Of a stretch of 64,000 bases of DNA, positions 1 to 11,599 are shown one piece after another (the stretch's first letter is position 1; each line of letters opens with the position of its first letter). The position numbers and the translations under genes are program-made. A model generated the notes under the pieces. The model worked only from the letters and a program-made list of their open reading frames with translations, was not told the origin of the DNA and ran no database searches. Origin of the DNA: Selaginella moellendorffii. Lineage: Eukaryota; Plantae; Lycopodiophyta. The stretch lies in the NCBI RefSeq assembly GCF_000143415.4, contig NW_003314335.1, positions 464,113 through 528,112 of the forward strand, given 5' to 3'.

Positions 1-115
1 GATCCTCTAAAAGTATCTTTCATAGTCCAAAAATTTCTAGAGGGATAAGCTCGAATGTGACAATAAAGAAGCTTCTTTAGGGCTCGCTCCTTTTGAATTA
101 TTTCCCCCTCTCACG

Positions 116-2107
116 ATGGCGATGGCAGCGATGGTCTGGGCGCTCGCTCCATTGGTGATTTTACTCATCCATCCCGCCGTTTGCTCGCGCCTGATTCTAT
201 CGCCGCTCACGCTCCACAATGGTCTCGGCAAGACGCCGCCAATGGGGTAAGCGCAGGATTGTCTTTAGACGCAAAGAATGTGATGTATTTGCACAGATGG
301 AATAGCTGGAACCATTTCGGATGCAACATCGATGAATTGACCGTCAAAGAAACTGGTATGTGTTTTCGTTGCGATTTTTCCAAGCTCACCTCCTACGCAT
401 CCAGCCGAGGCGCTGGTCTCGACTGGCCTGGCTGCATTGGGATACAATTACTTGAATGTTGGTAAGTTATTTTTGTTCCATTTTTTTTCTTTGGTTGTTT
501 GATCACAGGCTTGTTTTCTGGTTTCTGGCAGACGATTGCTGGGCCGAGATGAAGCGAGGCTCTGAAGTAAATCTGTTTTGAGTGTACACGGCCGGGCAAT
601 GGTCAGTGAATTGTAACGCGACATTTTGTTTCTCAGGGCGAACTTACTGCTCGAGCAGCAACTTTCCCATCTGGCATCAAGGCCCTGGCGGATTTTGTTC
701 ACGAGAAAGGTCTCAAGTTTGGGATTTATTCCGACGCCGGGTAAGCTGCTGAACTGGTCGATGCATTAATTTTCTTTGTTACTTGTTCAAGGTACTTTAC
801 GTGTGAGAAGCAGCCTGGATCTCTTGGATACGAGGAACAAGACGCTGAAACCTTCGCCTCATGGGTAAGCTTGAGCACAAGTTTTTCGTTTTAAGCGTTT
901 GTTTTCTTTAGGGAATCGATTATCTCAAGTATGATAACTGCTTCACAGATGGAAGTAAGCCTGAGTTGAGGTAAGAACTCTTTTGAATTCTTGGTTTCTC
1001 TTGTTCATTTTCTGTATCAGGTATCCAATCATGCAGGAAGCTCTCGCCAAGACGGGTCGTAAGATATTCTTCTCCATCTGCGAATGGTGGAAGTTTTTCT
1101 CGTTCTCTTCCTTCTTTTCGTGTTTTGTTTACGCTTATCTTTTTGCAGGGGCGTCGACGACCCCGCAGAATGGGCGCCTGACGTTGGAAATAGCTGGCGT
1201 ACTACCGGTGACATCACTGATACCTGGAAAAGGTATTCTCTTTCCTTGTTTCACAGCTCTGATCTTTGCACAGCATGACAACTATTGCCGATTTAAATGA
1301 TCGCTGGGCTTCGTTTGCTGGACCCGGCGGCTGGAATGGTGATTTCATTTCCCGCGTTTCCCACTTTTCTTTTCACGAATTCTGCGTAACTTGCAGATCC
1401 AGACATGCTTGAAGTTGGAAACGGCGGAATGACCATTGACGAATATCGCTCACACTTCAGCATATGGGCATTGATGAAGGTTTCACTTACTTGTTTATTT
1501 CCAGTCACTGAGATTGTTTAGCTCGCAGGCACCATTGATTCTCGGCTGTGATCTCCGAGATATGAGCAATGACACGCTAGAGATCATTACCAACAAGGAG
1601 GTTATAAGTGTAAATCAAGGTAGTCTGTTTGTTTTGATTCAGATGCCTGTTTGTTTTTATAAGAGCCCTGTCTTTAGATTCATTGGGAATTCAAGGGAGA
1701 AAAGTTTGTAAGAAAGGACCTGAAGAATGCCACGAGGTAATCTTTGTTTGTCTTGGATTATCACTCCTCAATTCTCGTAGTTTCTGCCAGATCTGGGCCG
1801 GTCCACTCTCTCTTAAGCGAACAGCGGTAGTGATCTGGAACAGGTGCGAGGAGGATGCCGATATCGAGGTGTCATGGCAAGAGATCTCATTGCATCCATC
1901 CACTAGAGTGACAATACGAGACTTGTGGAAGGTAATTTTCAAGCTTGATGAGTATCACCACTTCTTACTGCCTTGCAGCACGAGTACTGGAGTGGTGTTT
2001 ACAACGAAAGCATTGTGGTTAGCGTGGCCCCTCATGGTGCCGAGATGTTTATCCTAAGCCCGGGATGGTCGTCTCTTCCTAAGCAGGTTCTCGTCAGCAG
2101 CCTTTGA
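116..2107 (+). CDS. Alpha-galactosidase (GH27), secreted, multi-exon
   Basis: Signal-peptide-like start [17 protein letters not shown]. Spliced motifs [10 protein letters not shown]|[64 protein letters not shown]|[20 protein letters not shown]. Stop TGA at 2105-2107. Short GT-AG introns. Confidence 0.95.
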
Positions 2108-2407
2108 TACTTTCTTCGCTTCACAGTAATCGGAAATGCTAAAGCTTCTGGCTAAGATTGAGAGTTGTAATTGCTCATGCTTTCCTTGCAGGAAGGCCGA
2201 GCATAGATAAGCTCGAATACGAGTCTGTGTGTGTTAAATCTGTTACAATTTATACTTCGTTGATTATCGAGCTCTCCTTTAAGCTTTTGGTGCATGACAT
2301 GATATTGGTTAGAGTTAAGGCAACCACACCAGATCATCAAGTTCATGGTTACCAAGAAAATGCTTTGTAAATATTTATTTTGTGACGGCCGAGATTAAAA
2401 GCTACTT

Positions 2408-2922
2408 TTAATCGAATTTGTAGTGCTTGTCCACCGTGGCAGCCACGTCCCACGTACAGCTCATCCCTTTTGGGAAGACCACCAAATCCCCAGCGCCAAT
2501 CTCCACGAATTCGTCGCTGGATCCCTCCGGATACACCTTCACCCTGCCCTCCAGGAGATAGCACGTCTCCCTGGCATCGTATGTCCATGGGAATTTGCTG
2601 GGCGCGCAGCCCCACCTGGAGTTCCATCCTTCGATCAATCACTCCATCGATCAAAACGGCGAGAGGAATCGACTTACTTTGGCCAGGTCTTGACGCCCAG
2701 CTCCCTCAGTCTCGCATCCGAGGGCTCCTTCTCGACCTTGATGCCCAATTTCTCCACCACTGCTGGCGATGATGCCTGGCGATCCTGCGCCATAGCTCGG
2801 AGCCCCTTGGTGCGCAAAGGCCTCGCGGCGCCGGGTCTACTAGCCAAGCGCTCAAAGTCGCCACAACCCTGAAAAGCTCTGGAGCAAGGGAAAGACAAGG
2901 CCGCGCTTAGAGCTGCTGCCAT
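2408..2922 (-). CDS. RmlC-like cupin (DUF861/cupin_3 type) with predicted plastid transit peptide, 2 exons
   Basis: ORF 2674-2922 (Ala/Ser/Arg-rich N-terminus, ...LRELGVKTWPK) splices to WGCAPSKFPWTYDARETCYLLEGRVKV...GAGDLVVFPKGMSCTWDV. Confidence 0.9.
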
Positions 2923-2957
2923 AGCCGTAAAGAATGACTGAAATACAAATGCGATGC

Positions 2958-3041
2958 GACACGTGTCCTAACACGTAGACGACACATAGGCAAAAAAGGT
3001 AAGCCACGTGCAGTGCACATGCTCCACGTAACTACCACGTA
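2958..3041. promoter_or_regulatory. G-box/ACGT cluster in a 169-bp divergent promoter
   Basis: CACGTG at 2960 (inside the palindrome GACACGTGTC) and 3005. CACGTA at 2972, 3025 and 3036. Lies between ATGs at 2922 (-) and 3092 (+). Confidence 0.65.
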
Positions 3042-3091
3042 AGCTTAAGCCAAATGGCATATACCCTGAAGATATTAAAGCTCCCAGAAGA

Positions 3092-3809
3092 ATGGCTCGT
3101 TGTCCAAGCCATGTCTCCAGCGCATTGTCTCTCAATCCACATTCCAGCAGCGGCACCACCGGTTGTGGCAGTGGGATTTTTCCTCCCAGGAGGAGCTTGC
3201 CTGCGTTTTCCAGCAACACTGGATCAATCTCCATCAAGCAAGCGAGCAAATCAACGAAATGTCGAGAGCTGGCTGTGAGTGGAGCTGGGAGTTCTATTGT
3301 CCAGGAAGATGAAGGTGAGCCAATCTCTCTGGGGACTGCCAAGCTTCCTGCTAATGTGGATGTGAAGCTCCTCGAGGACTTGATGTTTCAAGTAAGTGAA
3401 TCTCTACTTTGAAGTTGTAAGAAAGAAAGATAACCTTCTACTGTTTCAGTGGGGCAACAGCCTCATGCAAAACGCGAACTTCACTCTGGAGCTCCCTCTC
3501 AAGGTAGAATCCCTCAAGAACTTGAATCTACTACACCAATAAAAGGAGAATTGGAAATGTTAAATGCAGGTGGACAAAGTGAAAAATGGAGTAAGATTGG
3601 CATACATACGAATCAATGAAGGAGTTGTCGAGGATCTGGTTTACATTGATGTGCTGGTGCTGCCACCAAGTAGTGAATCGACACAGCCTTTCTTCCTGGC
3701 GCAAAGGAGTGGCAAACTCAAAAACTCTGTCCCTCCTGGTGAGCCAGCCATCATGCAGAGTCTATTGCAAGCACTCAAAAAGTCAGTACAAATTGCAACA
3801 CCGAATTGA
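3092..3809 (+). CDS. Conserved-looking protein of unknown function, probably plastid-targeted, 3 exons
   Basis: Ser-rich transit-peptide-like N-terminus. Exons join as ...LEDLMFQ|WGNSLMQNANFTLELPLK|VDKVKNGVRLAY...ALKKSVQIATPN* through GT-AG introns. Confidence 0.8.
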
Positions 3810-4786
3810 GTGAGATGGATGTAAAGATTATTTCAAAATTGTAAAATTTCTCTCTTGAGAACTTGCTTGCCTACCTGCATGATCAGGCACTCTTAGAAAA
3901 GTGCAAAGGCTATGATCTTTACAAGTCTAGCCACTTCCTCTTGCCCATATCTTCCTGTTCAGTATACCAATAGTAAGGTGTTCAATGGGTAAACATGTGC
4001 TCTTACCCAACGAAATAGTTTGCTTCTCGATTCCGTCTTCAGTCATGTCTGAGCACTTAGAAAGTTAAATGATTTGATCACATCACAAACCTGGGTCGCA
4101 TTGAACTTCGTTGCAAAGGTATGGTGCAACTCAAAAATGCTTTGCCCTATTAATGTAATACTCTCTCTCTCTCTCTAAGTCAATCAATCAATCAACTTAA
4201 ACCATGGTGGGTGCCAGAACTCTCCAACTTTTGTCTGATATGCTGTCTGGTGTAAATTTTTTATCTGGTAAATTGAAAATATTTTTTAAAAAAGACAAAG
4301 GATGATATAAAGTTTTCAGGTTTGACAATAGTAAATAATTGAAATAAAGAGGAAGTATGAGCCAAAACTTGAACACCTAAAACCTTATGTCAGCTATGTT
4401 TTTGGGGATGAATGAGATGAAAGTGTGATAGGATGGAGTGATGATGTGATAGTTGTTTCTATCATTATGTCGAAGTTGTAATAATTAAGTGGTTGTGGAT
4501 TGGATTAATTAAACTAGATGGGCTTTTTAAGAGGATTAATACTGGTTTTTGGGTAGTAAGATTATTTATTGGTTAATATCCACTTTTTTATGTCAATTAT
4601 AAAGTAATTATAACATTATACATAGTTTATGAATAAACATATTGTTTTTTAAGCAGAGACAACCAACTTGATATCTATAGACTTCTTTACTACAGAAAAG
4701 AACAACACTCTAATCAACACAAAATGACTCAAATGGTTCCAAGAGCAGTAGGAAGTTTATGTTGCATCATGTATTACACTTGTAAT

Positions 4787-4919
4787 AACTCTTTGAAAAT
4801 GTAAATAAGCTCAAGTAAATTTGAGATCTTAACTTTTAATCTTTCCTTCACAACAAAGGAAAGAAAAAGTATTTAAAATCTCAAAATTTATTTGGACTTA
4901 CTTACATTGTCAAAGAGTT
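4787..4919. repeat. Imperfect ~130-bp hairpin (MITE-like)
   Basis: aactctttgaaaatgtaaataag... is the near reverse complement of ...cttacttacattgtcaaagagtt. Inner arms ctttcctt/aaggaaag surround a short loop. Confidence 0.65.
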
Positions 4920-5569
4920 GTTCTAAATATTATTTCTTAGCTACATAAAATGAGTACCATACTGTAACTAAAGGTCTGAAAGGGTTCTACACTGCTCGAT
5001 GCCAAAATCATTTGAGAAATTCTTGTTCATGCGAACAATTAATTAAAAAAGGAGGTCTTGTAAAGAGGTTATAGATATCAGAGTCAATTGCTTGTGCCTT
5101 AAAGAAGTCAATAAGCTTTTCAAGTGTCTTAAGAACTTTCAGATTCAACTCCGCTAATTTTCCAAGCTGCATTTACGCTCCTCAACCAAGGTTTTTGCAC
5201 AATGGCTTTGATTCAAGAGTTTAAAATTTTGTACTATTACCTTGTGCTAGAGGCTTTGTCCATGCATGTTGATTATCATATTTGCCATCTCGGTCATATT
5301 TTAACATTTTTTATGTAAACGTAAGGCACAGATGAAAATACATGACTGTAGCTTTTGCACTTCCTCCCATGAGGAGTTTTCAGTGTAGAAGACAAAAGAG
5401 ATATAAGCATAACTCTTTGATTCTAAATAGATTGCCTTGTAGAATAACACAAAAAACTCACCCAAATTGTCCACAAGACTTTGTAAGTACTTGAGCTGGA
5501 GCTAGAGCTGCTGCTGCTCTTCCAGCCCTCTGGCTCAGACTGGCCACAGACCTGGAATTCTATGTCAAA

Positions 5570-6070
5570 CTCACTAGAGCTCCATAAAACATAATTTACC
5601 ATTTACCTCATCTAGCTTTGGCTCCGGGACCTTAATAATATGCTCCAAGACTTGGATACATAAAATAAGCTCTGAGCTCCAAGAATTTCAATTTACATTT
5701 GCCTCCAACTTATGCTTCTCCTATTTCAACTCCTGTAACTCCTAAATCACATGTGAACTCACTACATCTCCATGAAATGCATGCAATCTAGATTTACCTA
5801 ATCCAACTTTGGCTGTGGGACTTCAAGGGTGCACTTCAGCTCCTTAGTGGTAAGCTCTGGCTCCACAAGGGAGAGGTCTAGTTCCTCATTAATGTGCTCT
5901 GAGACTTGTATTTATAAAATAAGCTTGAAGCTCTAAACATGTCAGTTTACATTTACCTCAACTCGCACTTCCACTGCTCCAACTCCTCTAGCTCCTGAAT
6001 CATATGTGAGCTCGTCACAGCTCCATAAAATGCATGCAATCTATACTTCCATCTTAGGCTCCAGGTACCT
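5570..6070. repeat. Degenerate direct repeat, period about 250 bp
   Basis: The block taaaataagct...tttacattt...caactcct...atgtga...ctccat-aaatgcatgcaatcta occurs at about 5660-5790 and again at about 5915-6045. Confidence 0.6.
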
Positions 6071-6357
6071 CCAGAACTTGGATCCATATAGAAGCTCCAG
6101 GTACTGCCCCCGCCCCCCACACACCCCCCCTCCCCCCCCCTCCTTCCACCGACAGCCAATCAGTCAACCGTTTCACGTTACAAAGATAGGATTTGGAAAC
6201 GTTTCTGTGGCTAATGATTTACATTTATGTCCTATACTATTATAGTAGAAAGCAGAAGTTTGTTTCTTTTTCCATGGCTTACACCAGCCTTTACCCTTAA
6301 AATTACTGACTGCAGCAGCTGAGGTCGCTCAGCTGTTGTACCTTGGTAGCTTGCCTG

Positions 6358-8383
6358 TGTGAGACACAAAATCCCTAGGCCCCAAAGTGGAGCTGGAAGG
6401 GCACCACATGGTAGTGGCCGAAGCGAGAGCCAAACGAGCGTAACACGTTTGGACCAAAAGCTCCGACTTGAAAAGTCAAGAGCGGGAGTGGAACTCCCAA
6501 CGAAGTGTTCGAGGAACGAGCACGAAGCGAGCAAAAGGCGAGGCTCCAAAAAGGGGACCCAAAAAGGACCAACACATGACACGTGGGAGTGTCCGAGATG
6601 GACTCGACTTGGAGTCCGAAGTGGAGTCCGAGATGGACCCGAGTTGGAGTCCGAAGTGGAGTCCGAGATGGACCCGAGTTGGAGTCCGAAGTGGAGTCCG
6701 AGATGGACCCGAGATGGAGTCCGAGTTGGAGCCCGAGGTGGACCCGAGATGGACCCGAGATGGAGTCCGAGATGGAGTCCGAGATGGACCCGAGATGGAG
6801 TCCGAGATGGAGTCCGAGTTGGAGTCCGAGGTGGACCCGAGATGGACCCGAGTTGGAGTCCGAAGTGGAGTCCGAGATGGACCCGAGTTGGAGTCCGAAG
6901 TGGAGTCCGAGATGGACCCGAGATGGAGTCCGAGTTGGAGTCCGAGGTGGACCCGAGATGGACCCGAAATGGAGTCCGAGATGGAGTCCGAGATGGACCC
7001 GAGATGGAGTCCGAGATGGAGTCCGAGTTGGAGTCCGAGGTGGACCCGAGATGGACCCGAGTTGGAGTCCGAAGTGGAGTCCGAGATGGACCCGAGATGG
7101 AGTCCGAGATGGAGTCCGAGATGGAGTCCGAGGTGGACCCAAGATGGACCCGAAATGGAGTCCGAGATGGAGTCCGAGATGGACCCGAGATGGAGTCCGA
7201 GATGGAGTCCGAAGTCGAGACCGAGACCGGGACCGAGACCGGGACCGAGACCGAGACCGAGACCGAGATCGGGGCCGAGACTGAGACCGAGGCCGAGGCC
7301 GAGACCGAGCCCGAGCCCAAGTCCGAGTCCGAGTCCGAGTCCGAGTCCGAGTCTGAGTCCGAGTCCGAGTCCGAGTCCGGAGCCTGAGAGGGTGAAAGCC
7401 CAAAGCGTTCGTCTCCCAGACCCTGGGGGGTTTGGTGAGCCCCAAAAGTATAGTAGGGGGAGGACTGCAGTGAAGCCAGTTTGGCCAGGAAAGGCCAGTT
7501 TGGCCCAGGAAGGCCAGACCCAGTGTTGGGTGATGAATTGACCACTGGGAAGTCCAAGACTAGAGTGAATACGGACCGACAAGCGGGGTAGCTTGGTGAA
7601 GTGTTCAAGAGCCGGCTCTAGTTCCCCCGGGAGATCGACTGGCCGATGCTCCCAGTCCAAGTGTGGGTGGCACTACCTACTTGGATACCAGGCGTGGCTC
7701 AACGGAACCTCGCTCTAAGCCCATGGCTAGAGCACCTAAAGGCGATAGGTGGGGAGAGTACCCAGGTGGCTCGCGTAAGGCCACGGTGTTCCGAAATGTC
7801 GTCCCAAAGGCCCAGACTGTGGAAAGGAAGAGGAGCAGTCCTCTGGGGTAGTGACCAAGGACACAGTCGTGTGGTGAGGAAGTCCCAGAGGACCGTGGGA
7901 CTTAGTGGTCGGGCCTGTGGGCCTCGATCCAGTGGCAGTGTTGGCAAACATGGCTAGGGGCAGAAAGGGACTTGGTAGGAACTGACAAAGGGACTTTGGG
8001 GAAGGCGATTCCCCATGTCTGTGGGCATCCTAAGGATGCTAAGTAGTGGATCCAGGATGACCCCTCGTAGACAGATGGCCCAGTCTTGGAGAGACGGGAT
8101 GGTGATGCAAGTGGTATTGGACCATTTGCGCAGCAAAGGTGAATGGGCATGGCCTTAGCGTAACGGGCCGAGATGTCAGTGGTACCTTTGGGTGTCAGTC
8201 ATGGGATCGGACACGTGGAGCACTTGGACCAAGTGCAAAGGTTGAGTGGCATGGATGCCATTCTCGGGGCTAGCAAGCCCCAAGTCCTGAATGGGACTTA
8301 TGGAGGTTGTGAATGAGACTCCTCCAAGTGGTCGGAGGTGTGGTTAAGTGACTAAAGTAGAATGGAAAAATTAGTCACTTACA
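6358..8383. mobile_element. Solo-LTR-like insertion, 2,026 bp, with 5-bp target-site duplication GCCTG
   Basis: Starts TGTGAG and ends CTTACA (TG...CA, short imperfect inverted termini). GCCTG at 6353-6357 and 8384-8388. The two flanks join into one sequence homologous to about 12600-12670. Confidence 0.85.
6595..7380. repeat. GC-rich minisatellite of 11/12-bp units followed by hexamer tracts
   Basis: Units gatggagtccga, gttggagtccga, agtggagtccga and gatggacccga, then (gagacc)n and (gagtcc)n from about 7217. Confidence 0.95.
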
Positions 8384-8855
8384 GCCTGCTGTTTAAGAAC
8401 TGATGTTGTAAGCATTGATGACAAGCTCAGCCTTCCTTGTGCTGCCAACCAGTGAGCAATAACCACAAGTGTGAAAGAGAAGATCACAATCAATACCAAA
8501 ACTAAATATTGCAAGAACCACAATGCTGTCACCAACACCTGGAATTTGATTTGAAGCACAATCTTTAACTAAGATACCAGTATGACATTCACAGACAATT
8601 GGTGAAAGTATGCACCAAGTTAAGAGAATCTGAAAGAAAACAACTACCAACAAGAAGATCAATGCACCTTAAGTGTAGAAGACAACGTAGAGCAAATGAC
8701 AGAGGCCAGCCTGAACACCTTGAAGTGTATAGATGCCACCATCGCCTCTCAGAACTGCAAGCGGAAAACTTGAGAACGAGTTTCTGTACCAGTCAAAAGA
8801 TTTAGGCCGAGCCCATATTGCCTTGACACTTCTCCGGCAGCTGGTGAAGATGTCC
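8384..8855 (-). pseudogene. Relic homologous to the Fused/TIO pseudogene of the array; continues left of the LTR at about 6305-6357
   Basis: Collinear DNA similarity with about 12625-13160, e.g. gaactga-gttgtaagcat-gatgacaagctcag and agaggccagcctgaacacctt. Confidence 0.7.
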
Positions 8856-8938
8856 ATAAACTAATATAAGGCTTGATCCCGTGAGGTTGAGGCAAGAGCA
8901 AAGACAATCAGCTCTCCTACAATCTTAGTCTCCTGTGA

Positions 8939-9835
8939 TGTCTTTTAGATTGCTTCTATACATGACTCTATGACAGGAGCGCCACTATACATGGCTCCCT
9001 AGAGCAGCTTTATAACCACATGGTAGATGTATGGACTCTTGGTGTGATATTGTAAGGTTCTGTTTGTTTCACAAACAGAACGCACATTGTCATAAGTAGG
9101 AATGAACTCTATGTTGGCCAGCCTCCTTATTACTCTAACTCTGTTTACATGCTTATTCGCCATAGAGTGAAGCTAATTGTTGCAATTTTGTTATAACTTT
9201 AGCTATTGCTGTCAAGCAGGATGCACCTAATTCTCTCAACTCGAACTTCAAAAGCTTTTTGAAAACAAGGTTCGCTTACTGGGTTACCCCACAGGATGTT
9301 CATAAATTTCTAAACTGAATTGTAGACTGAATTGTTGGAGGAGATATCTGACGAAATAGCAGCACCAGTTCTTTCCAGGAGCAATGCCACTCCAGTAGCT
9401 CTCGTCATGGGTAAGAAGAGGCCATAGTTGACAAATGTGGTGCAGGAAGCAGGAGCTGCGACTGCATTTGAAAGAGGATGTGACGCTGCCTGGAAATATT
9501 GTGCTAGAATCACCTACTAATGTACTCGATCGTGCACCAATAGGAGCCAGCTCCTACCAAAAGACCAGAATCAGTGCCCTGTCCATATAATGACAGTACT
9601 ACTCAGGCATGCACAGCTCCTCTCGATAATGCTTAGTATTGATTTTCATTGTCTTTACTTTAGAGCTTTCTTGCGTACCAATGCTATTTACCCAGACTGA
9701 TGTGCTTTAACTTATGTTTTACATCCTTTTCAAAAATTTGAAGTAAAATAGTGAAGGAGCTGCAATAAGGTATGAAACTAATATTACCATTAGAGCTTTG
9801 TTACATATCAAACCAGTGGGGGACTAATTGAACCT
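8939..9835 (+). pseudogene. TIO: Fused/TIO (STK36-like) kinase fragment, locally inverted
   Basis: Reads GAPLYMAP..EQLYNHMVDVWTLGVIL, ELYVGQPPYYSNSVYMLIRH and NSNFKSFLK, with stops and frameshifts. Reverse complement of about 13235-14040. Confidence 0.8.
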
Positions 9836-9869
9836 ACAAGTAAGTCTTGAGGAGCCTTTTTCTAAGAGC

Positions 9870-10750
9870 GCTCATGGAAAATCAGAGGATGGCACTCGTG
9901 GAAAATTATAAAGGATAGCAGTTGTGGAAAAGAATAAAAGGATAACACTCTTGCTCCCGGAAAATCATCGAAGTATTAACACTCGTGCTCACAGAAAAGA
10001 ATTGGGGGACAACAACTACAACAAAAGTAAAGTGAATTGTGAAAGGTGAATTCTTTTTTGACTTCTTTGGTTTTTCTCTCGAAGCTGCAAGAAAAGAATG
10101 TTTTTCCAACATTAATAAGGCAAAAGTTAGTGAGTCTATTTCTTCATTGTATATATTGTTGATTGATATTGTTTGTTTTTTAAGATTTTGCGAAAACTCT
10201 TAGCACTTACCGAAGGATTCCAGACACAAATGTAAACTTTTGGGATTCAAGATGAGAACAAAAGGCTTGTCAAGAGTTTTGTAAGCCGCTCATTTTCCTC
10301 ATCAAACCATGCAACCCAATTAGCATATGCCATTTGACTCCCCCAAGATGGTGATGACATAATTAAGTTATTTTTCAATGTTATCATCTTGAATCCCAAA
10401 AGCTTGCATTCATGTCTGGAATCTTTAGACAAGTGCTAAGAGTCTGCACAAAATCTTAAAAAACAAACCATATCAATTAATAATGAAGAAACAAACTTAT
10501 TAGATCTTGCCCTGTTAATGCTGGAAAAACATTCTTCTCTTGCAGCTTAAAAAATCAAGAAAGAATTCACCTTTCACAACTCACCTCACTTTTGCCGTAG
10601 TTGCCATCCCCTAATTCTTTTCTGCAAGCATGAATATTGTCCTCTGATGATTTTCCAGAAACAAAAGTGTTATCCTCCAAGTCTTTTCCACAACCACTGT
10701 CCTCCAATTATTTTTCCATGAGTGCCATCCTCCAATTTTCCACGAGCACC
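9870..10750. repeat. Long fold-back: ~380-bp inverted arms and ~120-bp spacer
   Basis: ttttgggattcaagatga (about 10238-10255) vs tcatcttgaatcccaaaa (about 10384-10401). gtgaaaggtgaattcttt vs aaagaattcacctttcac. gaggatggcactc vs gagtgccatcctc. Confidence 0.85.
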
Positions 10751-11599
10751 GTCCTCTGATGATTTTCCAAGAGCACTGTCCTCCAATTTTCCGCAAGCAT
10801 AGCAAGAGAGGGGAGCTTGCACAACTTGGGAAGGAGAAGAGGATCATCAACAAAGAATTCACATTTAACGACTCCTTACCTCGCTCTAGTCCATCCCGCC
10901 GTCATCACAACTCCATACTTCCCTCTTCAAGCACCCAGATTTCTGATCAGCATCCATTTCTTCTCTCCTAGAAAACCAGCCAGCGTCCATTTCCTTAGAA
11001 AGACACTTATCTTTAATATCTTTAAAGGGTAAGCAAACCTGCATTCGAATGCAAACCTTCAGAATCACAAAGCAACTTCCTAGAGCCTTCTAAGTCCTTT
11101 CTTTTGTGCTATTACCTTTGCCCGTCGGGAGAGATCGAACAACGTGTTGAGGACCTGATGCACCTTAGGGAGTGCAGAGAAACAGGAATCATCATGCTGT
11201 CGAGAACGTCGCTGAGCAAGCTCACGATCTGCAATATCCTCAAAGTCTGACCTTCAGAACCGAACAGCAGTTTGCTTGCTTTGGAACACGAACATGGTCA
11301 GTCAGTGCACAATCTTCCGAGATCATTCACACCGCCTGTTAGCCTGAAAAATGTAAAAACGACGCACCTCACACCACAAGGGGCCAGCGCCGCCTTGCAA
11401 GCCGAGCACAGCGACGCCATGGATCCTTGAAAGGCGCGGCGCGGCTGTAGGGCTAATCCCAGCCTCCAATTTCGAAACCCCATCCAACGGCGGTCGGTTG
11501 CTCCACCGACAGCAGCCGGTTGTCATGGGATATTCCGCGTTACTATTATCTATTAACTACAACTCCACCACAAGTGCTCGAGAGCTCGAGCACCTTCGA

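Noticed and set aside
6595-7380. CRISPR-like array
   Set aside because: The units are contiguous with no unique spacers, the context is eukaryotic, and there are no cas genes.
6232-7660. Six overlapping ORFs of 233-458 aa (SR-rich, SD-rich, GL-rich)
   Set aside because: They are by-products of a nearly stop-free minisatellite inside the LTR-like element and show no domain signal.
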